Shown: positions 38,120 through 47,715 of the stretch, piece after piece | How positions within the stretch are numbered: the stretch's first letter is position 1 | How the letters are laid out: every line of letters begins with the position of its first letter | NCBI GenBank assembly: GCA_965219995.1 | Contig: CBDCOX010000002.1 | Location: forward strand, 1,856,001 to 1,920,000 | Origin: Candidatus Latescibacterota bacterium | GTDB taxonomy: Bacteria; Latescibacterota; UBA2968; GCA-2709665 | Length of the DNA: 64,000 bases | Reading direction: 5' to 3' | Program-made: the position numbers and the translations under genes | The notes under the pieces: model-generated | Databases searched by the model: none | What the model was told of the DNA's origin: nothing | Seen by the model: only the letters and a program-made list of their open reading frames with translations

Positions 38120-40891
38120 ATGGTGAATGACTGGCTCGAAACCTGGCACGGTGAATTCGATATCCCTGAAATGCAGGACCCGGGCCGATGGCGGCGATAC
38201 CGGTCCCGCGTCCGCCATCCCGCAACCATCTTCTCACCGGAGGACATCGCCCGCGCCCGGGAAAACGTCTCCCGGCACGCCTGGGCGCGAAGGGCCCTGG
38301 AGACGCTTCTGGAGAGAGTCGACGCTGCCGGGGCGGTTTCCCGTGGGTGGGCGCGGACGTACGTGCCGTCAACGACACCCTATTCGCCGCATTTCACCAT
38401 GTGTCCGAAGTGCGAGTTCGCGCCCATGCACGGCGCATACGACTGGGTTCCGGACGATCCCGCGCACATACGATGCAAGGGATGCGGCACCGTGTATCCC
38501 AATTACGATTATCCGGAAGACGTGGTTTTCGAAAGTCGCTTCGACCCCCGGCAGAAAATTACGCTCTACGGCGGCAAGTCCTGGCAGGCCTACGGATACG
38601 ACGCCATCCACTCCAGCTTTTCGGGCCATGCCCGCATCCACCGGTGCCGGCACGCCGCCAATACCGCCGAAGACCTGGCGCTGGCCTACGCCCTCACGGG
38701 AGAAAGGGAGTACGCGGCCGGCGCAGCGATGGTCCTGAAGCGGTTTGCAGACGTCCATCCTTCGTATCTCGTACATTCCTCGTACGGCGACATTGCGGAT
38801 CTGGATCCGAAGATCGCCGCAACCCGAGTCGACAATCTGCCGGAAGACGAGTGGTGCCCGCCGGGAAACAGGCCGAACCGGAAGCTCCATCCCGGATACT
38901 GGGCCGTACTGCGCTGGGGCTCCTCCGGAGGGATGGAAGGTACCTCCCTTCAAAAACTCATCCTCGCCTACGACCTGGTCGCCGAAACCCTGTCTGACGC
39001 GGAAAAACGGCATATCGAGCACGACCTGCTGCTCGACGCGGCCGTGATGCTCTTCTCGGACGACGTCATCAATAACAAGACCGGAATGAACCGATGCGCC
39101 GTGGGCCTGATCGGAATCGTCTGCGGCGATCCGCTGCTGATCCGGTTCGGCCTCGACGGCTTTGTGAGGGCCGTGCGCGACTGGTGGCTGCCTGACGGCG
39201 GAACGCCTGAATCCATCGGCTACGCGGGAATGATGCTCTCCGGCATCTGGCGTCTCGCCGAAGCCCTCAAGCGCTATTCGGATCCGGATGGCGCCGGTTA
39301 CCCGCCGGCGCCGCTGCATCGAGTGGACCTCTACAGCTGGCCGCGCTACCGTGCGGTCTGGCAGAACATGGCCCGCCCGCTCCTTCCGGATCTGGACTAT
39401 CCGTTGCTGGCCGACAACCGGCTGCCCTGCCACCTCTCCGCCATGTTCGCCGACATCCTCGCGCGCAATTACCCGTCCGAAAACCACCGCATGCTTCAAC
39501 GCGATATCGCGAAGACTGACCGCTGCTATGCCGGCCGAATCGCTCAGTTCTGGTACGGCGGCAACCTGGACACGGCCGCCGCCTTCTACCGCCAGCCCGA
39601 TTCACTGCCCGAGCAGCCTCCCCGGTTCGCAGACGACCTGGGGCCCTACCTGAACATCGGAACCCAGCGTACGGGGCACAGGGGAACCGGCGCCGCGGTC
39701 ATCCTTTGCGGCGCAGACTTCAAAGGGCACCACCATCACGACCATCTCAATCTCTACTACTGGAAAGACCGGCGTGAACTGCTCACCGATCTCGGCTATC
39801 TGTGGGACATGGAGGAACTCCGCTACGGCGTCAACCGCACCTTCGCGCACAATCTGGTCGTCGTGGACGGCAAAGAACAGATGACGCGCGGCCGCCGGGC
39901 GACCTTTCACCTCTTTTCGGCATGTCCCCGGGCGAAGGTGATGGAGGCTTCGTCAAACGTCTACCCGGGCACCTCGATCTACCGGCGGACCATCGCCGCC
40001 GTCGGCAGCGGTCCCGGCGAATACGTCGTGGATGTCTTTCGCGTCAGGGGCGGCGAAAGGCACGATTGGGTCATGCACGGACCGGACCGATCCATCGCGC
40101 TTTCCGGCATACAGACCAGGCCGTCAGACGAGGATATATACGATCTCACGCGGATCCGTTCGGGCCGATCCGTATCCGCCTGGTCGGCCGCGTGGACGCC
40201 CGGCAGCGAGAAACCGTTCCGTGTGCACGTCCCGGCGCATGAAGCCGAGCAGGTCTTTGTCGGTCAGGGATTCGGCCAGCGCAAGGCGCGCGACATCGGC
40301 GCCACCGTACCGTACATCGTACGCCGTCGAGTCAACGGCGACAGCACTTTTGTTACGGTGTTTGCCGATGGCGAAGCCGTCACATCCGTGCGGGTCCTCT
40401 CCCTGAACCCGGCCACCATGGCGACAGTCGTTGAGGTCGCCACGAACGCGGGGAGAGATGTATTGATCAGCGCAGGAGACGGACAGGCTCCCGAAACCGT
40501 CGAGCGGCAGGACTCTGCCCTGCGATTTAATGGCCGATTCGGATTCATTTCAACCGGATGCGCATGGTTGGTGGGGGGCACCCGTCTGCAACAAGGCGAA
40601 ATCACTCTCGGGAACGATTTCCCGGCGCATTCGGGCCCCGTCCTGGAAACCCGCATTACCGAGAGAGAATCCGGCCTGGTGACCACAGGGGATACGAGCA
40701 GGTTGCGCGACCTGGAAGGAAAACACATCTTCGTGGCCGACAGCCGGCGGATGATCCGCGCTTACCCCGTTCTCGGGCTTGCCGAGTCACGGGGTCATCC
40801 CATGCTGGTCACCCGACGCGGCGACAGGGGCTACGATATCCGCTACGGCGAGACGTGGACGGCCTGGACGGAGACGTTCCGGACATTGTGA
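38120..40891 (+). CDS. Large heparinase II/III-like protein
   Basis: DGGTPESIGY, HHHHDHLNL, DLGY, AHNLVVVDG and YVVDVFRVRGG. N-terminal CPKC/CKGC; SD GGAGG. Confidence 0.8.
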   Translation: MVNDWLETWHGEFDIPEMQDPGRWRRYRSRVRHPATIFSPEDIARARENVSRHAWARRALETLLERVDAAGAVSRGWARTYVPSTTPYSPHFTMCPKCEFAPMHGAYDWVPDDPAHIRCKGCGTVYPNYDYPEDVVFESRFDPRQKITLYGGKSWQAYGYDAIHSSFSGHARIHRCRHAANTAEDLALAYALTGEREYAAGAAMVLKRFADVHPSYLVHSSYGDIADLDPKIAATRVDNLPEDEWCPPGNRPNRKLHPGYWAVLRWGSSGGMEGTSLQKLILAYDLVAETLSDAEKRHIEHDLLLDAAVMLFSDDVINNKTGMNRCAVGLIGIVCGDPLLIRFGLDGFVRAVRDWWLPDGGTPESIGYAGMMLSGIWRLAEALKRYSDPDGAGYPPAPLHRVDLYSWPRYRAVWQNMARPLLPDLDYPLLADNRLPCHLSAMFADILARNYPSENHRMLQRDIAKTDRCYAGRIAQFWYGGNLDTAAAFYRQPDSLPEQPPRFADDLGPYLNIGTQRTGHRGTGAAVILCGADFKGHHHHDHLNLYYWKDRRELLTDLGYLWDMEELRYGVNRTFAHNLVVVDGKEQMTRGRRATFHLFSACPRAKVMEASSNVYPGTSIYRRTIAAVGSGPGEYVVDVFRVRGGERHDWVMHGPDRSIALSGIQTRPSDEDIYDLTRIRSGRSVSAWSAAWTPGSEKPFRVHVPAHEAEQVFVGQGFGQRKARDIGATVPYIVRRRVNGDSTFVTVFADGEAVTSVRVLSLNPATMATVVEVATNAGRDVLISAGDGQAPETVERQDSALRFNGRFGFISTGCAWLVGGTRLQQGEITLGNDFPAHSGPVLETRITERESGLVTTGDTSRLRDLEGKHIFVADSRRMIRAYPVLGLAESRGHPMLVTRRGDRGYDIRYGETWTAWTETFRTL

Positions 40892-41026
40892 AGGACCGCG
40901 GAAACCCCTCTGACGTGAGACATCGCTTACCGCGACTTGCTGTATCGCGGAACTTCGAACGGTCCGGAGCGTTTCAGTGTTATCCCTCTTCCTCGTTTCT
41001 CCAATTTTCCGCAGGAGGCCTCACCA

Positions 41027-41443
41027 ATGACCGGCACTTCCCTTCGCGCCCTTGCGGTTGTTGTCTTTCTCCACGGCTTCCCGGAACCGACTTCAGGAGG
41101 TCCGCCCGCGTCCGTCGACTCATTAAAGATCAGGCCGCCGCAACGCCTGCAGGTTTTGCCCGGCCCGAATAACCTGAAAGGCCTGCGTCAGAGACTCAAT
41201 CGAAAACGGCTGATCGAAAAGGAAGACGCAATCATCGCGTACTTGCTTCAGAACCTGGCGGTCCGGCGATCGCCGCTGGACAACATGCCCCTCGCGAACC
41301 CCGGCGCCGGGCTTGCGTACAACATGCCCATTGCGAGGCCGAACCCTCTCATCGACTACAAGATGCTCTTTCCGGGAACGCCGTCCGTCCCGGAAACCGG
41401 AGCGCCGATCCAGCCCGGTGCCAGGCGATTCAAACGAAAGTAA
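41027..41443 (+). CDS. Small hypothetical, possibly exported protein
   Basis: SD GCAGGAGG, hydrophobic N-terminus and a repeated NMP-x-A-x-P motif. Followed by a terminator. Confidence 0.55.
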   Translation: MTGTSLRALAVVVFLHGFPEPTSGGPPASVDSLKIRPPQRLQVLPGPNNLKGLRQRLNRKRLIEKEDAIIAYLLQNLAVRRSPLDNMPLANPGAGLAYNMPIARPNPLIDYKMLFPGTPSVPETGAPIQPGARRFKRK

Positions 41444-41471
41444 CGCGTGGGAACGACTTACGTCGGCATCC

Positions 41472-41506
41472 GAAAAAGGCTCCGGGTTTTTCCGGAGCCT
41501 TTTTTC
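41472..41506. terminator. Bidirectional intrinsic terminator
   Basis: AAAAAGGCTCCGG-GTTTTT-CCGGAGCCTTTTTT between convergent genes. Confidence 0.85.
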
Positions 41507-41560
41507 GTTCGATTCAATCGCCCGCGGGCCGGGACCGACCCGAAACGACCGTGGATCGAG

Positions 41561-42793
41561 TTACGCCATGGCAAGCGCAGTTTCAATCAGTCGCTGCCCG
41601 GCCTCCCACGTCATCGGCGCCGGCAGATCGGAATTGAACATAAAGGCGGACCGGACCTCGTACCCACCCGTGTCCCATGCACTTCTCGACGGGAAATACC
41701 CGGCATGCGCGTTCGCCTGATTCACGATCAACAGTCGTTCGTCAGGCCAACGACGGCGCAGCGCAAGTCCCCACGAACCGAACAGCTGTCCCGGAAAACA
41801 CGCAAGAAATACGTCCCCGATGCGAAATCCCTGCACCTCCAGCCGTACCGAGGCGGGGACGGCCTCGCCTGCCGCGCGCATCGACAATTGGTCCCGTGCC
41901 CAGCCCGCCTGGTACGATCCGGGTCTGGAACCCGCTGCCTGTTCCTTCAAATCGGCCCCGGTCGGCACGGCATCCAGCGGGCACGTACAAAAACGCCGTT
42001 GCGAGGCGAGTCCGCAAACACGCGCTTGCGACAGGTTGCGGGTCATTTCCCGCACCCGATCCGCAAGCCCTCGTCCAATCTTTCTCACCTCCGTGAAGTT
42101 CTGCTCGGGACGGTACGGCCCGACATCGCCCAGGCAACCGTTGAAGAAGGCAGTTGTACCGCCCCAGGTTGCTTCCAGTTCATTGCAGAACACTCCCGGA
42201 AAATCCGGAGACCAGGAAAGATTCGTACCGGTCAGGATTGTCGGATGGCAGCCATAGTTCACCCATGCGGCCACGACGCGTCCGTCCGTTCCCGCAAAGC
42301 GCACCAGCCCCAGCGTGGAATCGATTGGTTGACCGTCCTTGCGGCGATTGTGGTGAAACCCCGGTTCCCGCATCTGCTCGAACCCGACCGTGACCGGCTG
42401 CAGGCAATGCGACGCCCTGACCACCGCGTCCACGATCCGTTCCGTCAGGTCCGACATATACGAGGGATCGGGTACATCGTCCCGGAACCGGGTGGTTACC
42501 GGCCCCGAGTGGGTGTGGGTCGTTGCAACGAGGATACCGTCGGGCGCAATTCCCGTCCGTTCCTGGATCGCCGTACGGATCATGTCCGTGGTGCGTCCGC
42601 TGAATCCGACCGCGTCCACCACGAGAAGTGCGACCCGCATCGAGCCCTGTTCACACACAAAGGCCCTCGCCCACAGCGGCATATGCGTACCGGCGGCAGG
42701 ACTTTTTCGACCCGCGTATCCGGCCATCGACAGGCCGATCGGCGGCGTCACGTCGACTTTCGCGGCGCCCATCTTCAGGTTGTCCGGCATCAT
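41561..42793 (-). CDS. Neutral/alkaline ceramidase-like amidohydrolase
   Basis: DVTPPIGLSMAGY, THTHSGP, HNRR, NYGCHP, SPDFPG and GYFP...GGYE. Confidence 0.82.
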   Translation of the reverse strand: MMPDNLKMGAAKVDVTPPIGLSMAGYAGRKSPAAGTHMPLWARAFVCEQGSMRVALLVVDAVGFSGRTTDMIRTAIQERTGIAPDGILVATTHTHSGPVTTRFRDDVPDPSYMSDLTERIVDAVVRASHCLQPVTVGFEQMREPGFHHNRRKDGQPIDSTLGLVRFAGTDGRVVAAWVNYGCHPTILTGTNLSWSPDFPGVFCNELEATWGGTTAFFNGCLGDVGPYRPEQNFTEVRKIGRGLADRVREMTRNLSQARVCGLASQRRFCTCPLDAVPTGADLKEQAAGSRPGSYQAGWARDQLSMRAAGEAVPASVRLEVQGFRIGDVFLACFPGQLFGSWGLALRRRWPDERLLIVNQANAHAGYFPSRSAWDTGGYEVRSAFMFNSDLPAPMTWEAGQRLIETALAMA

Positions 42794-42845
42794 CTTCTCC
42801 CTTGACTGCGTTGTTACTCGGGCAGCGGGTTCAACAGAATTGCCC

Positions 42846-42874
42846 TTGACACGCAGGGGTCGGTTGTGTATTTT
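42846..42874 (+). promoter_or_regulatory. sigma70-like promoter of tRNA-Thr
   Basis: TTGACA-17 nt-TATTTT, about 50 nt upstream of the tRNA. Confidence 0.7.
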
Positions 42875-42921
42875 ACACGTGCTGTATTTTGAACGATAAT
42901 GATCTGTTTTTCAGTGCGTTA

Positions 42922-42997
<76 letters not shown>

Positions 42998-43005
42998 CGA
43001 AGAGG

Positions 43006-43040
43006 AAAGGGCCTGTGTGCTGGATACACAAGCCCTTTTT
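43006..43040. terminator. Intrinsic terminator between the tRNA and transaldolase
   Basis: AAAGGGC-C-TGTGT-loop-ACACA-A-GCCCTTTTT. Confidence 0.75.
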
Positions 43041-43077
43041 CGTTGTCGGACGCAATCGTCAGCGGGATCTCGACGAT

Positions 43078-43746
43078 TCACACGACAATCGTCTCCCGCT
43101 GGTTTTCCTTCCACACGTTCCAGTCGCTCAGAAAGCGCTCCAGTCCGTCATCCGTCAGTGGATGCGCCAGCAGCTTCTTCAATACGTCAGGCGGCAATGT
43201 GGACACATCCGCCCCGGCCCGTGCGGCATCGATGACATGCAGGGGGTGCCGCAAGCTGGCCGCAAGGACCTCGGTCCGGAATCCATAGTTGTCGTAAATC
43301 TGGCGTATGGTCTTGATCAACTCCATGCCGACATGCCCGATATCGTCCAGGCGTCCCAGAAAAGGACTGATGTAGGACGCTCCGGCCTTCGCGGCCAGAA
43401 GCGCCTGATTCGCGGAGAAGCAGAGTGTAACGTTGGTTCTGATCGCTTCATCGCTGCAGGCCTTGATCGCCTTCAGTCCGTCAAGCGTTATGGGGACCTT
43501 GACCACCACATTGTCGTGTATGCTCGAGAGATGGCGTGCTTCCTGGAGCATCAGTCTCCACTCGGTACTCACAACCTCGGCGCTGACCGGCCCGTCCACC
43601 AGCTCACAGATTTCCAGTATGATCTGCTCGAACGCGCCTTCTTCCTTTGAAATATGCGTCGGATTGGTTGTCACACCATCCAGCACCCCCATCTCGTTGG
43701 CCTCACGTATCTCGTCCAGATTGGCCGTGTCGATAAAAAACTTCAT
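43078..43746 (-). CDS. tal: Transaldolase (short TalC/FSA type)
   Basis: [39 protein letters not shown] and AASLR. Confidence 0.95.
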   Translation of the reverse strand: MKFFIDTANLDEIREANEMGVLDGVTTNPTHISKEEGAFEQIILEICELVDGPVSAEVVSTEWRLMLQEARHLSSIHDNVVVKVPITLDGLKAIKACSDEAIRTNVTLCFSANQALLAAKAGASYISPFLGRLDDIGHVGMELIKTIRQIYDNYGFRTEVLAASLRHPLHVIDAARAGADVSTLPPDVLKKLLAHPLTDDGLERFLSDWNVWKENQRETIVV

Positions 43747-43864
43747 CGCTCGCCCTCCTGCGGTAGGGTTGTCGAGGGAGACCGATCCTGTCGAGGAATC
43801 GGTAAATCGTCGGGTGATTCGCTGAATCAGCCCGTCAATGTTCGAAGTTCAGGTCTCAAAGGAC

Positions 43865-44908
43865 TCAAAATGCTCTATCTACCAGAAAACTGCACATCTC
43901 GCGCATCGTTTCCCTGGCTTCAGAAGGAGGAATCTCGTTCAGGTGCGCTTCCGCGGCGGCCGCCCATTCACGGCAGGCGTCTTCGGCGCGTTCAATGGAG
44001 CCGTAGCGGTTCATCAGCGAGATTGTCCGCTCGACCTCATCGATCCGCGTCTCGGACCGGTCCCGGTTCAGAATGTCCCGCACCCACGCCTGTTCATCCG
44101 GGGAACATCTGTGAAAGAGGTCGATTACCATCAGCGTCCGCTTGCCCTCGGCGATGTCTCCGCCGCGTTCCTTGCCGTACCCGCCCGAAGTCGTCGCGGG
44201 GGCCTGGTGCGCATCTTCGGCCCGCACGGTCAGGTTCAGCAGATCGTCTTTGATCTGAAACGCCACCGCCATTCGCTCTCCGAACGCGCCCACGGCCCGC
44301 TGGCGATCGGGAGATGCGCCGGCGACGATGGCACCCGCCGTACACGGCCCCCTCCCGCTGTACCAGCCCGTTTTCAGACGCAGCATTTCCAGAAAATTCT
44401 CAACTTCCGGGATCTCGCCCGACTCGATCCAGCCGATATCGTATGCCTGTCCTTCGAAGGTACGCTGAGCGCCGTGAAGCATCTCCTGAATCAGGTCAAG
44501 CGCCACCGCATCTCCGAGGACCTCCCGGTTGGTGGCGAGTATTTCGAACACCTTCGAATGCAGCGCGTCGCCCGCATTGACGCTCAATGGCACACCGTGG
44601 AGGTGGTGAAGACACGGTTTGCCTCTGCGCATTTCGGAACCGTCTTCGATGTCGTCGTGAACCAGGGCGAAAGACTGGAACATCTCGAACGCCGCTGCCG
44701 TCCGCAAGGCCCTGTCGACGTCACCTCCCAGGCCCTCGCACGCCAGCAGCACGAGCACCGACCGAAATCGCTTTCCCCCCCGAATCGGATAGTCCCGCAT
44801 CGGTTCGTACAGATAGCCGAGCGGCTCGGCCTGAGGCAGGAACTTGAAGAGTTCCCCGTCGATGAGAGGCACATAGGACTCGAGATAGCTCTTCAGGCGG
44901 TTGTTCAC
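43865..44908 (-). CDS. Short-chain trans-isoprenyl diphosphate synthase (FPP/GGPP synthase)
   Basis: RGGKRFR, first aspartate-rich motif FALVHDDIED..RRG, GQAYD, LKTG and second motif FQIKDD. GTG 44908 has SD GAGGGAG. Confidence 0.92.
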   Translation of the reverse strand: MNNRLKSYLESYVPLIDGELFKFLPQAEPLGYLYEPMRDYPIRGGKRFRSVLVLLACEGLGGDVDRALRTAAAFEMFQSFALVHDDIEDGSEMRRGKPCLHHLHGVPLSVNAGDALHSKVFEILATNREVLGDAVALDLIQEMLHGAQRTFEGQAYDIGWIESGEIPEVENFLEMLRLKTGWYSGRGPCTAGAIVAGASPDRQRAVGAFGERMAVAFQIKDDLLNLTVRAEDAHQAPATTSGGYGKERGGDIAEGKRTLMVIDLFHRCSPDEQAWVRDILNRDRSETRIDEVERTISLMNRYGSIERAEDACREWAAAAEAHLNEIPPSEARETMREMCSFLVDRAF

Positions 44909-45124
44909 GTGCTGCTCCCTCGCGAGCTTCCCCGTCGCGTCGAAACCATGTCTACCTCCGGCGGACGACCCGCGTGGGATAACGCCGATTGCGTACGCAA
45001 TGCCATCAACGGCTATTTCAGACGTCAAGAGACGGGCCTGATGCCAGAAAGCACCGGTTCAGGATAAATCGTTGAGAAGGAGTATTGCCAGGGAAGGAGG
45101 AGGTCGGGGAAGAATGTGCACACA

Positions 45125-45153
45125 AATATAGCGACAGGCATGAATGCGGTCAA
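45125..45153 (-). promoter_or_regulatory. sigma70-like promoter upstream of the prenyl synthase and tal
   Basis: Minus strand TTGACC-17 nt-TATATT. Confidence 0.55.
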
Positions 45154-45229
45154 CTGTTTTTGCATTCGACGCGGCAGCGTCCGCCGATTGCCCGCTGAGG
45201 CAGGGATTGTACCCGCCGGCGCGCCGTCG

Positions 45230-46165
45230 TTACCAGTGATAGGCATCGAAGACGATTCTCAGATCCCGCCTGGCCCTCATATAGTCCGAGTACGGCTTCC
45301 GGCTCCGGTTATCCACGCATCGCAGAAAGTCCCTGGTCATCTCCCGATATCCCATCAGATCCGAAATCCCGGGTACGTGAACCCGGCAACCTTCATGACC
45401 TTTCTGAAGAACATACAGGCCATTGCTCTCAAAGATGATCTGTCCGTGCGTACCATGAATGCGGGAGTGCTGAAAGGTTCCCTTCGTGCGGCTCCTCGTG
45501 TTCCATGAATACGTGATTTCAGCCTTTACGTCGCCGGGATAAGTCAATTCGGTTATCGATGACCGCTCCGGCTCTCCCTTGCGGTGTCCGGGAAAGCGCC
45601 CGACGACGCGTTCCGGCGCACACTCGAAAATCGCGGAAACCAACGCGACAAAGTGGATTCCGCCTTCGAGCAACGCACCGTATTTTCGTTTCCAGCCGAA
45701 TGTCGCCTGTGTGAACATCTTTCTCACCTGTACCGACCTGATGTCTCCGATCCGGCGCTCCCCGGTCAGTGCCTTGATTCTCTTGAGCAATGGCTTGTAA
45801 TAGTAGTTTTCGGCCACCATCAGCAGCGCGCCCGGGTGCCTGGCCAGTACTTCGCCGAGCTCATCCACCTCCTCCGGAGAAATGCACATGGGTTTTTCGA
45901 CCATGACTGCCTTGTCGGCTGACAGAGCGCGGATCACCTGTTCTTTGTGGTATGCGGGAGGGGATGTAATCACCACCGCGTCGAGGCCGGGCGATGCCAG
46001 CGCATCGTCCAGACGACTGAAGATGCCGCTGCCGCGAAAGCGAATATTGAAACGGCGTGCACTATCTTCGGAACGGCTGCAGAAAATCAACTCGGCGGCG
46101 CCCGCCAGGTTTTTCGCGTGCAGCCGGGCGATGGTTCCGCAGCCCACCAGACAGATTTTTTTCAT
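45230..46165 (-). CDS. Gfo/Idh/MocA family oxidoreductase
   Basis: ICLVGCGTIA, DAVVITSPPAYH, VMVEKP and GALLEGGIH. Confidence 0.9.
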   Translation of the reverse strand: MKKICLVGCGTIARLHAKNLAGAAELIFCSRSEDSARRFNIRFRGSGIFSRLDDALASPGLDAVVITSPPAYHKEQVIRALSADKAVMVEKPMCISPEEVDELGEVLARHPGALLMVAENYYYKPLLKRIKALTGERRIGDIRSVQVRKMFTQATFGWKRKYGALLEGGIHFVALVSAIFECAPERVVGRFPGHRKGEPERSSITELTYPGDVKAEITYSWNTRSRTKGTFQHSRIHGTHGQIIFESNGLYVLQKGHEGCRVHVPGISDLMGYREMTRDFLRCVDNRSRKPYSDYMRARRDLRIVFDAYHW

Positions 46166-46218
46166 TTTCCGGATTCCAGGCGCGGGGCGCCGGCGCAGGA
46201 TGAACTGCATGCGGCCTT

Positions 46219-47715
46219 CTAGCCGGATTCCGCGTGAATGACGTCCGCGACCCTCAGCGCGTTGGCTGCGATGGTAAGGCTCGGATTCACCCCTCCCGAC
46301 GTGGGCATGAAACTGCCGTCGAGGACAAACAGATTGTCGATGCCGCGAAACCTGCAGAATTCATCGAGAACGCTGTCTTCGGCGCTGCTCCCGAAACGCA
46401 ACGACCCCACGGCGTGAGAGAACGTCTCCAGCTTGTATACGCGACGGAACAGGCCTCCCGCCTGCTTCAAGATGCGTCCGGCCCTGTCCGTCAGATATTC
46501 CCTGCGGAGGCGGTCTCCGTCCGAATAACGATGCACGACACCCGTGACCGAGACTCCGTAATCGTCCCGGCGTGCGGTCAGATGCACGCGATTATCATAT
46601 TGCGGCTCGTCTTCCGCGATGCAAAGCAGATTCTGTACGTACTGCGCCACGAACGCGGACAGATTCCCGTATCCGAAGGGCGCGTAATGCTTCAGTACCT
46701 CCGGTGCGGGCGTGTAAATGTCCTGAATCGTACCCACCGACGTGCCCGATCGTTCCCTCATGTCTTCGTAGAAGTCCGTAAAGCACAACTGCTTGTGAAA
46801 TGTCCGGTCGGGATTGGTCCGGAACGGAAAGAGACCGGTGACGACTGCATTGCAGTGCCGCATCAGAAATCGCCCCACCAGCCGGTGGTTGCCGAATCGG
46901 TCCAAACCGGAACGCAACAGAATCGCCGGGCTCTGCAGGGCGCCCGCGCTGAGAATCACGATCTTCGCGTTGAAATTCACAGTCCGTCCTGACGTCCCGT
47001 CAAGACACAGGACCCGTGCCACCCTTCCGTTCCGGGCTTCCAGCTGCAGTACGATCATCCCGGGCATGACCGTCAGGTCGAATGCCTGGGCTTTTGCCAG
47101 AAGTGTCATGGCCACGTCGTTTTTGGCCTCGATGCGGCACGGAAATCCATCGCAGGTCGAACATCGGATACACAGCGGCCGCTCGTTGTTCGTGAAATTC
47201 AGCGCCAGCGGGATCCTGAAGGGACGGTGGCCGAGCGCGTTCCCGGCTTTGCATATCCGCTTCGCGGGAGCCGTAAGTTCTATTCCGCCGAATCGATAAT
47301 CCCCGGACCGCGGCGGCTCATGCATATCCACCCCCGCCTGACCATGTACCTCCAGCAGATGCTCCGCCTGCGCATAGTACGGCTCCATTGACGCGTAATC
47401 GATCGGCCAACTCGTGAAATCCATCTCACGCAACCGAAGCGACGCACCTCCGTAAAATACCGACATGCCGCCGACCGCTTCGTTCGGATAGACGGATTGA
47501 CGGCCCCCGTCGCCTTCCACCTGCACCGGAGAACGGCTTCGGTACCTTTGATCGATCAGGATCCCGCGCGGGTTCCAGTCCAGAGCATCCCGCTTTACCC
47601 ACCCGCCGCGTTCGAGGAGCAGCGTCCGGAAACCGGCCCGGCTGAGCGCATACGCCGCGGCGCCGCCGCCAAGGCCCGACCCGATCACGATGGCTTCATG
47701 TTGTCGTGAGTTCAT
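46219..47715 (-). CDS. GMC family FAD oxidoreductase
   Basis: VIGSGLGG, CIRCSTCDGFPC, ILSAGALQSPAILLRS, HAVGSLRFG and NPSLTIAANALRVA. Confidence 0.92.
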   Translation of the reverse strand: MNSRQHEAIVIGSGLGGGAAAYALSRAGFRTLLLERGGWVKRDALDWNPRGILIDQRYRSRSPVQVEGDGGRQSVYPNEAVGGMSVFYGGASLRLREMDFTSWPIDYASMEPYYAQAEHLLEVHGQAGVDMHEPPRSGDYRFGGIELTAPAKRICKAGNALGHRPFRIPLALNFTNNERPLCIRCSTCDGFPCRIEAKNDVAMTLLAKAQAFDLTVMPGMIVLQLEARNGRVARVLCLDGTSGRTVNFNAKIVILSAGALQSPAILLRSGLDRFGNHRLVGRFLMRHCNAVVTGLFPFRTNPDRTFHKQLCFTDFYEDMRERSGTSVGTIQDIYTPAPEVLKHYAPFGYGNLSAFVAQYVQNLLCIAEDEPQYDNRVHLTARRDDYGVSVTGVVHRYSDGDRLRREYLTDRAGRILKQAGGLFRRVYKLETFSHAVGSLRFGSSAEDSVLDEFCRFRGIDNLFVLDGSFMPTSGGVNPSLTIAANALRVADVIHAESG

